This document shows positions 13,218 through 29,441 of a stretch of 64,000 nt of DNA, piece by piece. Numbering within the stretch: position 1 is the first letter of the stretch; each line of letters starts with the position of its first letter. The stretch lies in assembly GCF_009914755.1 (NCBI RefSeq), contig NC_060926.1; one strand, 5' to 3'. This DNA is from the human T2T-CHM13v2.0 reference genome, Homo sapiens. The notes under the pieces were generated by a model, which worked only from the letters and a program-made list of their open reading frames with translations, searched no databases and was not told the origin of the DNA. The position numbers and the translations under genes are program-made.

Positions 13218-16200
13218 GAGGAGGAAAATGGCGGATAAGGGGACAGGACTAACGTGCAGCTCCCACATGGATGGACAGAACAGCGTGTGGCAACGTGTTT
13301 AGTCTCCTTAAAAGGTATCCAACAAAACTAAGCTTCCTAAATGAAGGAGAGATATCTATGCTGAGAATTCGCCACTACCAAGCCAGCACTATAAGAAATG
13401 CTGAAAGGAGTTCTAAATCTTTGTTTTTTGTTTCTTTTTTTGAGATGGAATCTTGCTCTGTCGCCCAGGCGGGAAGGCAGTGGTGTGATCTTGGCTCACT
13501 GCGACCTCTGCCTAATGGGTTCAAGTGATTTTTGTACCTCAGCCTCCTCAGTAGCTGGGATTATAGGGGCTTACCAACATGCCCAGCTAATTTTTGTATT
13601 TTTTGTAGAGATAGGGTTTTGCCATGTTGGCCAGGCTGGTCTTGAACTCCTGACTTCAGGTGATGCCCGCCTGGGCCTCCCGAAGTGCTGGGATTACAGG
13701 TGTGAGCCACTACACTCAGCCTAGGAATTCTAAATCTTGAAACAAAACCTTGAAGTACACCAAAATAGAGCCTTCTTAAAACCTAAATCTTACAGGGCCT
13801 ATACAATAACACAATGAAAAAACAACAAAATCAAAGTATTCAAGCAACAACTAGCATGATGAATAGAATAGTACCTCACATCTCAAATACTACGTTGGAT
13901 GTAAATGGCCTAAATGCTCCTCTTAAAAGATACATTTGGACCACCAACCAAGAATCTGCTGTGTTCAGGAGACTCACGTAACACATAAGGACTCACATAA
14001 ACTTAAGGTAAAGGGGTGGGAAAAGATATTCCATGCAAATGGAAACCAAAAGCAAGCAGGACTAGCTATTCTTATATCAGACAAAACAGACTTTAAAGCA
14101 ACAACAGTTAAAAAAGACAAAGAGGGACATTACATACTAGTAAAATGATTAGTCCAACAAGAAATGTCATAATCCAAAATATATATGCACCTACCACCAG
14201 AGCTTCCAAATTTATAAAACCATTACTACTAGACCTAAGAAATTAGACAGATGGCAACACAATAATAGTGGGTGACTTCAATACTCCACTGACAGCCCTA
14301 GACGGGTCATCAAGACAGAAAGTCAACAAAGAAACAATGGACTTAAACTATACCTTAGAACAAATGGACTTAACAGATACCTACGGAACATTCTACCCAA
14401 AAACTGCAGAATATACATTATTTTCACCAGCACACGGAGCATTCTCAAGGATAGACCATATGGTAGGCCACAAAACAAGTCTCAATAAACTTAAGAAAAC
14501 TGAAATTGTATCAAGTACCCTCTCACACCACAGTGGAATACAATTGGAAATTAACTCCAAAAGGAACCCTCAAAACTATATACAAATACATGGAAATTTA
14601 ATAATCTGCTCTTGAATGATCTTTGTGTCAACAATGAAATCAAGATGGAAATTAAAATTTTTTGAACTGAACAATAGTGACACAACCCATCAAAACCTCT
14701 GGGATACAGCAAAAGCGGCACTACATTTAGTAAGTTCACAGCATTAAATGTCTACATCAAAAAGTCTGAAAGAGCATAAACAGACAATCTAAGCTCACAC
14801 CTCAAGGAACTAGAGAAACAAGAACAAATCAAACTCAAACCCAGCAGAAGAAAAGAAATAACAAATATCAGAGCAGAACTAAATAAAACTGAAGCAAACA
14901 CTACAAAAGATAAATGAAACAAAAAGCTGGTTCTGTGGAAAAATAAAGAAAATCGGTAGACCATTAGCAAGATTAACCAAAAAAAGAAGAGAGAAGATCT
15001 GAATAAGCTCAATTAGAGACGAAATGGGAGATACTACAACCGATACCACAGAAATACAAAAGATCATTCAAGGCTACTATGAACACCTTTATGCACAAAA
15101 ACTAGAAAACCTAGAGAAAAATGGATAAATTCCTGGAAATATACAACCCTTCTAGATTAAACCAGAAAGAAATGGAAACTCTGAACAGACCAATAACAAG
15201 TAGCACGACTGAAACAGTAATAAAAAAATTGCCAACAAAACAAAGTCCAGGACCAGATGGATTCACAGCTGAATTCTATCAGACATTCAAAGAACTGGTA
15301 CCAATCCTACTGAAACTATTCCAAAAGATAGGGAAAGAGGGAATCCTCCCTAAATCATTCAATGAAGCCAATATCGCCCTAATTCCAAAATCAGGAAATG
15401 ACATAACAAAAGAAAACTAGAGACCAATATTCCTCATGCACACAGATGCAAAAACCCTCAACAAAATACTAGCTAACCAACTCCAACAGCATATCAAAAA
15501 GATAATACACCATGATCAAGTGGGTTTCTTGCCAGGGATATAGGGCTGGTTTAACATACGCAAGTCAATAAATATGATATACCACATAAACAATTAAAAA
15601 CAAAAATCATATGATCATCTCAATAGACGCAGAAAAAGCATTTGACAAAATCAAGCATCCTTTATGATTTAAACCCTCAGCAAAACTGGCATACAAGGGA
15701 CGTACCTTAAAAGTAATGAAAGCCATCTATGATAAACCCATAGCCAACATTATACTGAACAGGGAAAAGTTGAAAGCATTCCCCCTGAGAACTGGAACAA
15801 GACAAGGATGCCCACTTTCACCACTTCTATTCAACATAGTACTGGAAATCCTAGCCAGTGCAACTGGACAAGAGAAAGAAAGGGCATTCAAATCAGTAAA
15901 GAGGAAGTCAAACTGTCACTATTCACCGATGATATGATAGCATACCTAGAAAACCCTAAAGACTCATCCAAAAAGATCCTAGATCTGATAAATAAATCCA
16001 GCAAAGTTTCAGGATACAAAATCAATGTGCGCAAACCAGTAGCATTGCTATACACCAACAGCAACCAAGCTGAGAATCAAATCAATTACTCTACCCCCCT
16101 TACAACACCTGCCAAAAAAAAAAAATAATAATAATACTTAGGAATACACCTAATCAAGGAGGTGAAAGATCTCTAAAAGGAAAACTACAAAACACTGCTG

Positions 16201-17845
16201 AAAGAAACCACAGACACACACAAATGGAAACGCATCCCATGTTCATGGATGGGTAGAATCGATATTGTGAAAATGACCATACTGCCAAAAGCAATCTATA
16301 AATTTAATGTAATTCCCATCAAAATGCCATCATCATTCTTCACAGAACTAGGAAAAAAAATCCTGAAATTCATATGGAACAAAATAAGAGCCTGCATAGC
16401 CAAGCAAGACTAAACAAAAAGAACAAATCTAGAGGCATCTCATTACCTGACTTCAAACTATACTACTAGGCTATTGTTACCAAAATAGCATGGTACTTGT
16501 ACAAAAACAGGCACGTAGACCAATGGAACAGAATAGAGAACCCAGAAATAAAGCCAAATACTTACAACCATCTGATCTTTGACAAAGTAAACAAAAACAA
16601 AGTGGGGAAAGGACACCCTATTGAACCATTGGTGCTGGGATAACTGGCAAGCCACATGTAGGAGAATTAAACTGGATCCTCATTTCTCACCTTATGCAGA
16701 AAACTCAAGATGGATCGAAGACTTAAAGATAAGACCTGAAACTGTAAAAATTCTAGAATATAACATTGGAAAAACTCTTCTAGACATTGGCTTAAGTAGA
16801 GTTCATGACCAAGAACCTAAATGCAAATGCAACAAAAACAAATAGATGGGACTTAATTAAGCTAAAAAGCGTCTGCATAGCAAAATAAATAATCAGCAGA
16901 GTAAATAGACAACCCATAGAGTGGGAGAAAATCTTCGTAAACTATGCATCTGAGAAAGGACTAATGTCCAGAATCTATAAGGAACTCAAAAAAGTCAGCA
17001 AGAAAAAAACAATCCCATCAAAAAGTGTGTTAAGGATATGAACAGACAATTCTCAAAAGATATACAAATGGTCAAGAAACATATGAAGAAATGCTCAACA
17101 TCCCTGATTATCAGGGAAATGCAAATCAAAGCCACAGTGCAATACCACCTTACTCCTGCAAGAATGGCCGTAATTTAAAAATAAAAAAAATTTCAGATGT
17201 TGGCATGGATGTGGTAATAAGGGAACACTTCTACATTGCTGGTGGGAATGTAAACTAGTACAACCACTATGGTAAACAGTATGGAGAGTCCTTAAAGAAC
17301 TGAAAGTAGAACTATCATTTGATCTAGCAATCCCACCACTGGGTACTACCCAGAGGAAAATAAGTCATTATATAAAAAAGACAAACACACAGATTTATAG
17401 TAGCACAATCTGCAATTGCAAAAATATGGAACCAACCTAAATGCCCATCAACTAATGAGTGGATAAAGAAAATGTGGTATACATATACCATGGAATGCTA
17501 CTCATCCATAAAAAGGAGAGAAATAATGGCATTCGCAGCAACCTGAATACAGCTGGAGACCATTATTCTAAGCGAAGTAATTCAGGAATGGAAAACCAAA
17601 CATGTTCTCAGTTATAAATGGGAGCTAAGCAATGAGGATGCAAAGGCTTAAGAATGATATAATGGACTCTGGGGACTTGGGGGGAAGAGTGGGAGGCAGT
17701 GGGGGATAAGAGTACACATTGGGTGCAGTGTACTGCTTGAGTGATGGGTGCACCAAAATCTCAGAAATCACTACTAAAGAACTTACCTATGTAACCAAAC
17801 ACCCTACCTGTTCCCCAAAAACAACTGAAATAATGATAACAAATT
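13218..17845 (+). mobile_element. L1PB-type LINE-1: 5' tip + ORF1 tail + decayed ORF2 + 3'UTR
   Basis: EN/RT fragments in the ORF track ([37 protein letters not shown]); L1PB-like 3' end ctacctgttccccaaaaac; many stops and frameshifts. Confidence 0.93.
13422..13722 (-). mobile_element. Alu inserted into the L1
   Basis: TSD agga(g/a)ttctaaatctt at 13406-13421 and 13723-13738. Confidence 0.93.
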
Positions 17846-18060
17846 TTTAAAAAGTGAATGAAAAGATGATCCAGAGATATCTGAATGCGAGAAACAATTC
17901 AAAATGTGGAAAATAATTTCCACTTAACATCTTTCTTAAAAAGAACCCCCCCCACCCCTGAATTTTATTAATCAAATTTAGGAGAGTTCATTTCCCAAAA
18001 TGATAATGACACCTTTCACATGGACACTGCTTTTAAAAGATATTAAATGTATTTTCTTAC

Positions 18061-18144
18061 CTTGAAATGAGCCAGCAAAGTCAAAATCATCTGTACCTTT
18101 TCTCTTGCTTTTCTTAGTACTGACTTTGGAGTGGACTTCAAGTT
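18061..18144 (-). CDS. CEBPZ: CEBPZ exon 13 (ELEVHSKVSTKKSKRKGTDDFDFAGSFQ)
   Basis: AG/GT boundaries, 84 nt. Confidence 0.95.
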
Positions 18145-18904
18145 CTGTTACACGAAAAAATTTGCTAATAAGCAATTTAAAAACAATAAGACTGGAAAAT
18201 ATTACTCCAAGATATGCTAAAATCTTTATTCTGATGGTAAGGCACTATACTGCTATTCCATGTGGGTTTTGTAATTCCACTAGCATAGGCTTGAGGACAG
18301 ACTGAGAAAAAGACTCTAAGAATTGGCACAGTTCTAATATTTTGTGCAAGTACAAAATTTTCTAAATAGCTTCATTAATAAGACCAAATAATATAAAACC
18401 CCTTAAAACAAGAAACTTCTGCTGTGGTTCAGAATAAGTAAGAAGAATGTTGGGCAGGCATGTGCATGCTGGAGGTATGTGAAAGGACAGAAAGGTCAGA
18501 CAACAGTCTAGAGACAATTCTGGGTGTTCCTTGCTAATTTACAAGATAAAATATTCACCTTCATCTATGCTGGGCTATGATGAATACTGATTAACTTTTA
18601 TAAACTGCTAATTACTATCAAAAAATGGCAGCATTTCAGCTCAACATGTATTGTACAGAGAAGCTAGCTGCTGGTTAAAGTAAAAGTCCAAAGCTCAAAA
18701 AGCTGCTTAAAAGAAAACACACATAACACACAATAAAAACCCTTCAGCTCCAAACGAGAAGGGAAAAGGTCCTTTTAAGTTTCTGGCTGACATGAGTATT
18801 AATTTGAATACAGGGCTATATTAAAAACCTTTAGCAGAAAAACAAACTTAAGGCTAAGGAAGTGAGGAAGACACAGTTTATGTCTTATTTTAAAAAATGC
18901 TTAC

Positions 18905-19101
18905 CTGGAACACTCTCACTTTCATCATCTAACACATCCATGAATGTTCCTCCATCTTCATCAACTTCAGCAAATTCTTCATCATCCATACTTCCTAAAG
19001 AAACTTCATCGTCATCCAGGTTACCAAGTTCATCATCACTACCTTCTGAATCTTCATCTAATGTGTTATCCTTAGCTCCTTTTGTTCTCTTTTTCACGTT
19101 T
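18905..19101 (-). CDS. CEBPZ: CEBPZ exon 12 (acidic region)
   Basis: AG/GT boundaries, 197 nt; ORF 18885..19115. Confidence 0.95.
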
Positions 19102-19396
19102 CTGGAAAAAAACACAACTTGTAATACAAGAGGAGGCAGTATTTTCTAAAGTAGTGTTTTGCTGACTACTAGGGCAGTAGGCTATTAAATGACTCAGAAG
19201 GAGAAAGCTTTGCAGACTGCTCAGAGTAAATAATAACGTGCTTTATAAATGTCAAAGATGAAAGTACTGTATCCACTTCCCAAACTTACTTGACTACATT
19301 TCCCCTTTATCATATAGTTCTGTGGTCTACTGTTCTGAGGGACAACAATTTGGGAAATGCTAGAAAAATAGGAAGGAGAAGATAGAAGTATGTTAC

Positions 19397-19454
19397 CCAG
19401 CAAAATCCATATCATCCTTTCCAGAGCTGAAACAGTTATCATCTTCAAATGTGT
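19397..19454 (-). CDS. CEBPZ: CEBPZ exon 11 (DTFEDDNCFSSGKDDMDFA)
   Basis: AG/GT boundaries, 58 nt. Confidence 0.94.
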
Positions 19455-19814
19455 CTGCCAGACAATACAGAAATGTGAGATACAACAAAGAATGACAAGC
19501 TTGACATATATCTTGTATCTGAATCAATTATTCTAAGTCATGATTCTGCTGTTTATGACAAGTGAACACCAAAACAATGTAAATGTTACTGTTGCTAGTG
19601 TGCCTTAATAATGTATACAAACCTGTGAAATACTGATCTTAGTTAAATCCCAAAACTAAAGAAGGATCCAGTTAATTTCGGCTCTTTCTACAGTTCTTTT
19701 ATGGAAAGAGGATAAATATCAAATAAAATGATATTTAGCAATTGTCGTCCTTTTTACTCTATTAGAACTACTTAAGTGCTCATTTTTAATAGGTGTGATA
19801 CAATATGTAACATC

Positions 19815-20147
19815 TCATGCTTGTAATTCCAGCACTTTGGGAGGCCGAGGTGGAGTGATCATCAGCCTGGGCAACACGGCAAGACCCTATCTCTATTAAA
19901 AAAAAAAAAAAAACAAAAACAACAACAACAAAAAAAAAAACAAAAAAAAAACGAGCCGGACATCATGGCATGTACCTGTAGTCCCAGCTACCCGTGGGGC
20001 TGAGGCAGGAAAATCGCCTGAGCCCAGAAGGTCTAGGCTGCAGGGCTGCAGTGAGTTGGGATTGTGCCACTGCACTCCAGCCTGGGAGACAGAGAGAGCC
20101 TGTCTCAAAACAAACAAACAAACCCCCCAAAAAACAACAACAAAAAA
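19815..20147 (+). mobile_element. AluJ-like element
   Basis: Diverged Alu with expanded A/AAC linker. Confidence 0.85.
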
Positions 20148-20470
20148 ATATGTAACGTGAAATCAGTGTAAGTCTTTCCAATTTACCATGTTTTTTGTTT
20201 AAGTCTATTAAGTTTCAATCAAAATTTCTGTAGCTCTGTGGATTAAAGATAAAAAAGATCAAACAGTAGACTACTGCTATCAATTAGTACTGATATACTA
20301 TAATAGATTATGAATAGTAAAAAGGATTTCTTTTTCACATGAGATTTGGCTGTAACAATTGAATAGACTTAAGCAAATATAAATGTTTTCTTATATAGAC
20401 TATCCAAAGCACAAATCATGTATTTTTCTGGTGCAAATGTGGGTGAATTACCATATATCATAAAAATATT

Positions 20471-20776
20471 TGTTTCTTTTGTTTTTTTTTTGAGACAGGA
20501 TTTCACTCTGTCACCCAGGCTAGAGTGCAGTGGCGTAATCTTGGCTCACGGCAACCTCTGACTCCTGGATTCAAGCGATTCTCGTGCCTCTGCTTCTCGA
20601 GTAGCTGGGACTACAGGTGCGTGCCACCATGCCCAGCTCATTTTTTGGGGTTTTTAGTAGAGACAGGGTTTCACCATATTGGCCAGGCTGGTCTCGAACT
20701 CCTGACCTCAAACAATCTTCCTGCCTCGGCCTGCCAAAGTGCTGGGATTACAGGTGTGAGCCACAGCGCCTGGCCC
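20471..20776 (-). mobile_element. Alu
   Basis: Reverse-complement Alu; aaatattt flanks. Confidence 0.92.
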
Positions 20777-20925
20777 CAAATATTTCTTAATCTTCCACTG
20801 TGATTTGCATGATATTCTTAGCTAAGTGATTTTTTAAAACTAAGGCCACTTCTCCCACTAATGTTCCATGGTCTATTAACACATAGTAGTAGATTATTTT
20901 ACAAAGAGTCAACAAAACAAATTAC

Positions 20926-21023
20926 CAATCAGCTCTTCAAATTCTTCATCATCCACGTCTTCTATACTTTCTTCATCTGCATCCCGTTTTTGTTTCTCTT
21001 TAACAGCAACTTTTTTATAATAC
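20926..21023 (-). CDS. CEBPZ: CEBPZ exon 10 (YYKKVAVKEKQKRDADEESIEDVDDEEFEELI)
   Basis: AG/GT boundaries, 98 nt. Confidence 0.95.
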
Positions 21024-21947
21024 CTATAATATTCATGTTATATATTTGACAATTTTATTAAAGGTCTAATCTTACTATATATCATCAAAGCACCTATGAC
21101 CAGTGGCAAACCACAACTGTAAAATCTTAAGTATACTCAATTGGAAATAAATGACTGAAATTTGTATCTAATATACAAAAAATAGTTTAACTCAATAAAA
21201 AGTAGCTGGAATCTTTTAAGTGTAATACATTTCAAAGATAATATTTTATCAGCCCTATTCTTATATTAGAATACAGCAAAACTTAGCCATTTACAGATGT
21301 AATCAAACCCTCAAAATTATTCATTCTAAATGATTTTAAAAAACAAGCCAAATCAAACCTAATTAACCAGTCAACCAGATGAGATAAGAGGTACTTTACT
21401 ACCCTAAGGCATTAGGTTATGATACTAGTTGGTTTAGGACTTATTTCTATAACAGTGCACTGAATCCATTCTAAGGGCCATGGTCTGGATAAATTACCCA
21501 TGAGTTATCACTATATTAAACTTAAAGTATTATATTAAAATCTATATTAAAGGTAGATTTTAAGCCTATAAAGAAAATTATTATAAAAGGAAATTAAAGG
21601 CTAAATTCCAAAAAGAAGCATAAAACAAAATTTATATGCTAAATTAACAAAACTCCCAAATTTACTTTAGTTTTACTAAGATATATTAAGATTAGCAAAA
21701 TGACGGATTTGTAAATTTTCTTAACAAACACAGACATATCCTTTGATCTTTTCAAAATATGCTGATTAGATTTCATAAAATGAAGCATTTAAAACTAAGG
21801 CCACTTCTCCCACTAATGTTCCATGGTCTATTTACACACAGTAGTAGATTATTGAAGTAGATTATTTCATAAAATGAAGCATTTTATGAAATCTAAAAAT
21901 TTAAATTTTAGCAGTTTCCCCAAATGAAACTATATTATGTATAGTAC

Positions 21948-22014
21948 CTGTGGAAAAACACTTCATCCACTGGTATTTGGCTTTCTTCTTTTGCAAGGAA
22001 CTCCTTACTGTTCA
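21948..22014 (-). CDS. CEBPZ: CEBPZ exon 9 (VNSKEFLAKEESQIPVDEVFFH)
   Basis: AG/GT boundaries, 67 nt. Confidence 0.95.
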
Positions 22015-23201
22015 CTACAAAAATAAATTTAAACATTTTAACTTCATATAGCAATCCCCTTTATGTTACTCAAGCTCTTAAGACAAAATACAGCATAATC
22101 TGTAATTCTAAAAATCTCAGAATTGTGTGGGAAGGTAGACAGAAGGGACTCTGGAGTGCAAGGGACAATCTCTGAAAAAGTCTGTGTGAAGACCCCCCCA
22201 ACATTTGAAACTTCACTGGCTACAGCATAAAGTAGGCAGTACATAGCTGTCAGTGCCGTTACAGTGAAACAACAGGGTTCTCTTACTGTTCTTCATTTGC
22301 ATCCAGGACCCAACTTTCAAGAGAAATAAAAAATTCAAAGAGTTATTTTAATAAATAATCACTTTAAACTTGTCATTTTCAGCTCAAAAAATGACAAGCT
22401 TGCCATTAATGCGTGCCATTCTGGGAATAAACAGGAAGTTAACAGAGTTTTCCTTTATACTGAGGAAAACTAAGAAATAAGGAACTACAAGAAATCAGTT
22501 TTACCTCTTCAGAATAAAAATTGCTGACTCATCCTGAGTAAAAGGAGATTTGGCTTTTAATTCTAACTTACTAACTGTGGGTAAGTCCTTTTACATCTCT
22601 GGACCTCTGTGAAGTAAGTCACTGGAAATTAAATGATCTATAAGGTCTAATTTAATCCTGGTCTCTGAACAAAAGGGAGATGAGATCTGGTATGCAAAGA
22701 AATGTCTGCTTTGAATACAACAACAGACTCAGATCCAGAAGATGGCTAGCAAATATAGAAGTAGGTTATTAAGTTTAAAATGATGCTCTGTGACAAAACC
22801 AGCTGTGGGTTTTTGTGCTGCTAAGCTGATATTAGAGAGCTTTAAGATGGTCTGAATTGTAAGCAATAATAATTATATACATAGGGGTTGTGGATGAAGC
22901 TACGGATGATAAAATGGTGACAACTGTCAAAGCTGGGTGATGGTAATGGGGAGGGGGTTCATCATACTATTTTGTTTATTTTGGATATGTTTCAAATTTG
23001 CTGTAATAAAGTTAAAAAAAAAAAAAAAAAGGCCCAGTCAGATACAGTAGATTTAAGAATACCTATTCTTGGGAAAAAAGATGGATAATGTCTTTGATGC
23101 TCAGGTTTTATTCTGATAAATTAGAACAAAGAATAATACAATTTATGCATCTTTGTCTTATATTGTCTTTTCAGTTTCAACTGTCTAAGGTTTATACTTA
23201 C

Positions 23202-23270
23202 CAGGAAGATGACGAATATCCTTAATAAAATGTTTTCTTTTCGGCTGCATCACAACACTATCTGTGTTTT
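23202..23270 (-). CDS. CEBPZ: CEBPZ exon 8 (ENTDSVVMQPKRKHFIKDIRHLP)
   Basis: AG/GT boundaries, 69 nt. Confidence 0.95.
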
Positions 23271-23377
23271 CTGAAATGTAAAATTATGACAGTATAATGC
23301 AAAACCTAGTTATAAGCTCATATTGTTTATTATGTATTAAAAATGAAAGCCAAATAATTCACTAAATAGAAGCATAC

Positions 23378-23480
23378 CTTTGCCTTTATGGGGCTTTGGA
23401 TTTCGGTATACAAATCGATCCAAAAATCTCATTAGAGTGAAATCCTGCAGTGGGTCCCCTGAATACTGAATATAGTTTCC
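23378..23480 (-). CDS. CEBPZ: CEBPZ exon 7 (GNYIQYSGDPLQDFTLMRFLDRFVYRNPK..)
   Basis: AG/GT boundaries, 103 nt; CBF/Mak21-family motif. Confidence 0.96.
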
Positions 23481-24045
23481 CTGAAAAGTGGAGCGGGGAT
23501 TTAAAAACTTAATTCAAATTATGTCTATGAATCCAAGTAAGAAAAAGGAAGAAAAAGATAATTTCTATTACACTGTATTGAAGATACAAATATGCAATAA
23601 ATGACTCTTCAAATATCTCTCTCATGCACATTATACTTAAAAAATTAAACACACAGATACATATACATACATATTCTAGGATGTAATGTTGATTTGATGG
23701 ATAGACTAATATTAATAATGCAGGCCATCTAACCATTAATCAGGAACCAAACCCTGAAGTGGCAAACACAGCAAATGGGAAAGTGAGGCAGTATTTCTCC
23801 AGGAGAGGAGCTAGAAGGTAATAAATAAATAACTGCGTGGCTTTCAATGTCTTATTGCTTCCACTCATCTCAGAGTGGGAAAAGTTATCTGCTACTCTGT
23901 ATGAAACAAGTCACTGCTTCTTTATACGAGCAGTAAAATGTACAAGATTCTCTCTGTTAGAGAAAACACTGTATGACCAATTATTGATTATCTAAAATGA
24001 TACTTTTTTTCTTATTTCTCATCTTTGGATTTATTTTAGACTCAC

Positions 24046-24099
24046 CTGAAGGATGGTCTTTGCAAAAAGGGCCACGGAGGGATGAAAATGCACAGATAA
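24046..24099 (-). CDS. CEBPZ: CEBPZ exon 6 (LSVHFHPSVALFAKTILQ)
   Basis: AG/GT boundaries, 54 nt; HFHPSV motif of the CBF/Mak21 domain. Confidence 0.96.
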
Positions 24100-24177
24100 C
24101 TAAAAAGAAAAATGTGAATAATATCAATATTTCTAAGGTCGACTCTTAGTACATTTATAGCTTATTTAAGAAAATCG

Positions 24178-24498
<321 letters not shown>

Positions 24499-24517
24499 TT
24501 AAGCCAATACATTAAAA

Positions 24518-26719
<2,202 letters not shown>

Positions 26720-27098
26720 CATAAGATACTTACTGGCTTTACACAAAAAGTCACAGAAAGGTTATTAAAAATATGAATTCCTCTTACAAATTCAGAAAAG
26801 TAACTTTACTTGCAAAAAATTTTATCATAAAACTTTTCAGAGGTATCTAATAAATAAAGCAAAATTTATCCATTTTCTCAACTCTATATGCAATAATCTA
26901 CCTACAAAAAGCAACAGTCATAACCCATGCATGACATCCTTATTTTACGTGCACACTTAAGATTTTCTACAAAATGAACACTTCACATAGTATCTTCCCC
27001 CAAATGTGGACTTTTAATGTTTATTAATGCTTATAATTATCATAAAAAAACAAAAACTTCAAGGCATTACATCCTCAAGGGCAAAAATATACAGCATA

Positions 27099-27437
<339 letters not shown>

Positions 27438-27446
27438 TTATTTTAC

Positions 27447-27535
27447 CTTTTTGAGTTCCCAAAGACTTGTATTTTCAGCTCCACAGAACAGAGGGTTTCT
27501 ACTGAATGGATCGTATTTATTTAACTGTTTCCCAC
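27447..27535 (-). CDS. CEBPZ: CEBPZ exon 5 (GGKQLNKYDPFSRNPLFCGAENTSLWELKK)
   Basis: AG/GT boundaries, 89 nt. Confidence 0.96.
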
Positions 27536-27770
27536 CTAGGAATAACAAAAAAAATACGATTTCTCAAATGCTTTCTTCCTAGCCCAAGAGGTCATTAAAA
27601 GCACCACCATTAATATTCTCAACAGATATCTCCAACATTCTTACTTAGCCAAGCAACCTAGATTAAAAACTCTGAGCTCCCTCAAGAATTTGTCTTGGTA
27701 CTTAAGCTAGCATCTGCTCTTGAATAAAGCAGAGAACATGTTTATCCCAAACACCAAAAGCTTTCTTCAA

Positions 27771-28410
27771 GGCCAGGTGCAGTGGCTCACACCTGTAATC
27801 ACAGCACTTAGGGAGGCTGAGGCGAGTGGATCATTTGAGTTCAGGAGTTCGAGACCAGCCTGAGCAAAATGGTGAAACCCCATCTCTTACAAAAAATACA
27901 ACAAAAAAACTAGCCAGGTGTGGTGGTGTGTGCCTGTAGTCCCAGCTATTCGGGAGACTGAGGTGGGAGGATCACTTGAGCCCAGGAGATGGGAGTTGCA
28001 GTGAACCAAGATCGTGCCATTGTGATCCAGCCTTCCTGACAGAGCAAGACCCTGACTCAAAAATAAGTAAGTAAAAGCTCCCTTCAAAACTTCTCCTTTG
28101 GCTGGGCACAATGGCTCATGCCTATAATCCCAGCACTTTGGGAGGCCAAGGTGGAAAGGCTGCTTGAGACCAAGAGCTCGAGACCAGCCGGTGCACAGAG
28201 TGGGATTTCGTCTCTACAAAAAATACAACTAGCCATACCTGGTGGCACGAGCCTGTAGTCCCGGCTACCTGGGAGGCTGAGGTGGGAGGATCGCTTGAGT
28301 TCAGGAGTTTGAGGCTGCAGTGAGCCATAATGGCCCACTGTACTCCAGCCTGGCCTGGGTGACATAGTGAGACCCTGTCTCAAAAAAAACAAAAACCAAA
28401 CCAAAAAACC
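27771..28410 (+). mobile_element. Two AluJ-like elements (27771-28075, 28100-28410)
   Basis: Alu consensus; second flanked by caaa(a)cttctcc. Confidence 0.9.
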
Positions 28411-29053
28411 CCAAACTTCTCCCTTTCCTAAATGGCAACAAAAGGTGCCCATTTTGGGGCCAAAGAGGTGGAAACGTTAAGATGGAAATAATCTGAAGAT
28501 GAACTAGGTCTAAAGTCTTTTGGAGCTTTAGAGTGCTTCAAATATTTGTCATGAAAGTATGCCCAGAAATAATTCTCACTTGGAACAGGTCTGACATTAT
28601 CTTCATGTTTTTAGAAACTCAGGATTAAAAAAATTTAAAACAAAGATTTTTCAGAACAAACTAGGAACTGACTACCTTCCAACACACAAGCTCTTCATCC
28701 TTCTAAAGGATTATTCTCAGTTTAGTCTTCAGGGGAACTGATGGATTCTTCTCAAACTTTTCTGGCAGCTATCAGACTTCTCTTTTGTACTTCACAAACT
28801 GAAATTTGTAGATGAATTAATTTGACTGTGAGTCCCAAAGCAAGTTGAAGAAATGGGTCTGGCACCACATTTCTCGAACCTCAAGGCTGGTGTTTTCTTC
28901 ACAGCCTCAAATGAAGGGGCTGCATTTCTAAGATTTTTTTTTGACTCTAACATTCTATTAATAGACTTTTAATTTAGTTTGGTGTGTGTATAGAAAACCA
29001 CTTAACGTTTCTATCTTGAACAGAAAGTTTTCTATCCCTAAAACATTACTTTA

Positions 29054-29413
<360 letters not shown>

Positions 29414-29441
29414 CTAGAGAATAAAGATGAAAAAAACTCAC

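Noticed and set aside
13936-16845. Endonuclease/reverse-transcriptase ORFs as an active or domesticated gene
   Set aside because: Fragments of a decayed L1 ORF2 with many stops and frameshifts.
18862-19149. Ser-rich + strand ORF
   Set aside because: Antisense shadow of the Asp/Glu-rich CEBPZ exon 12.
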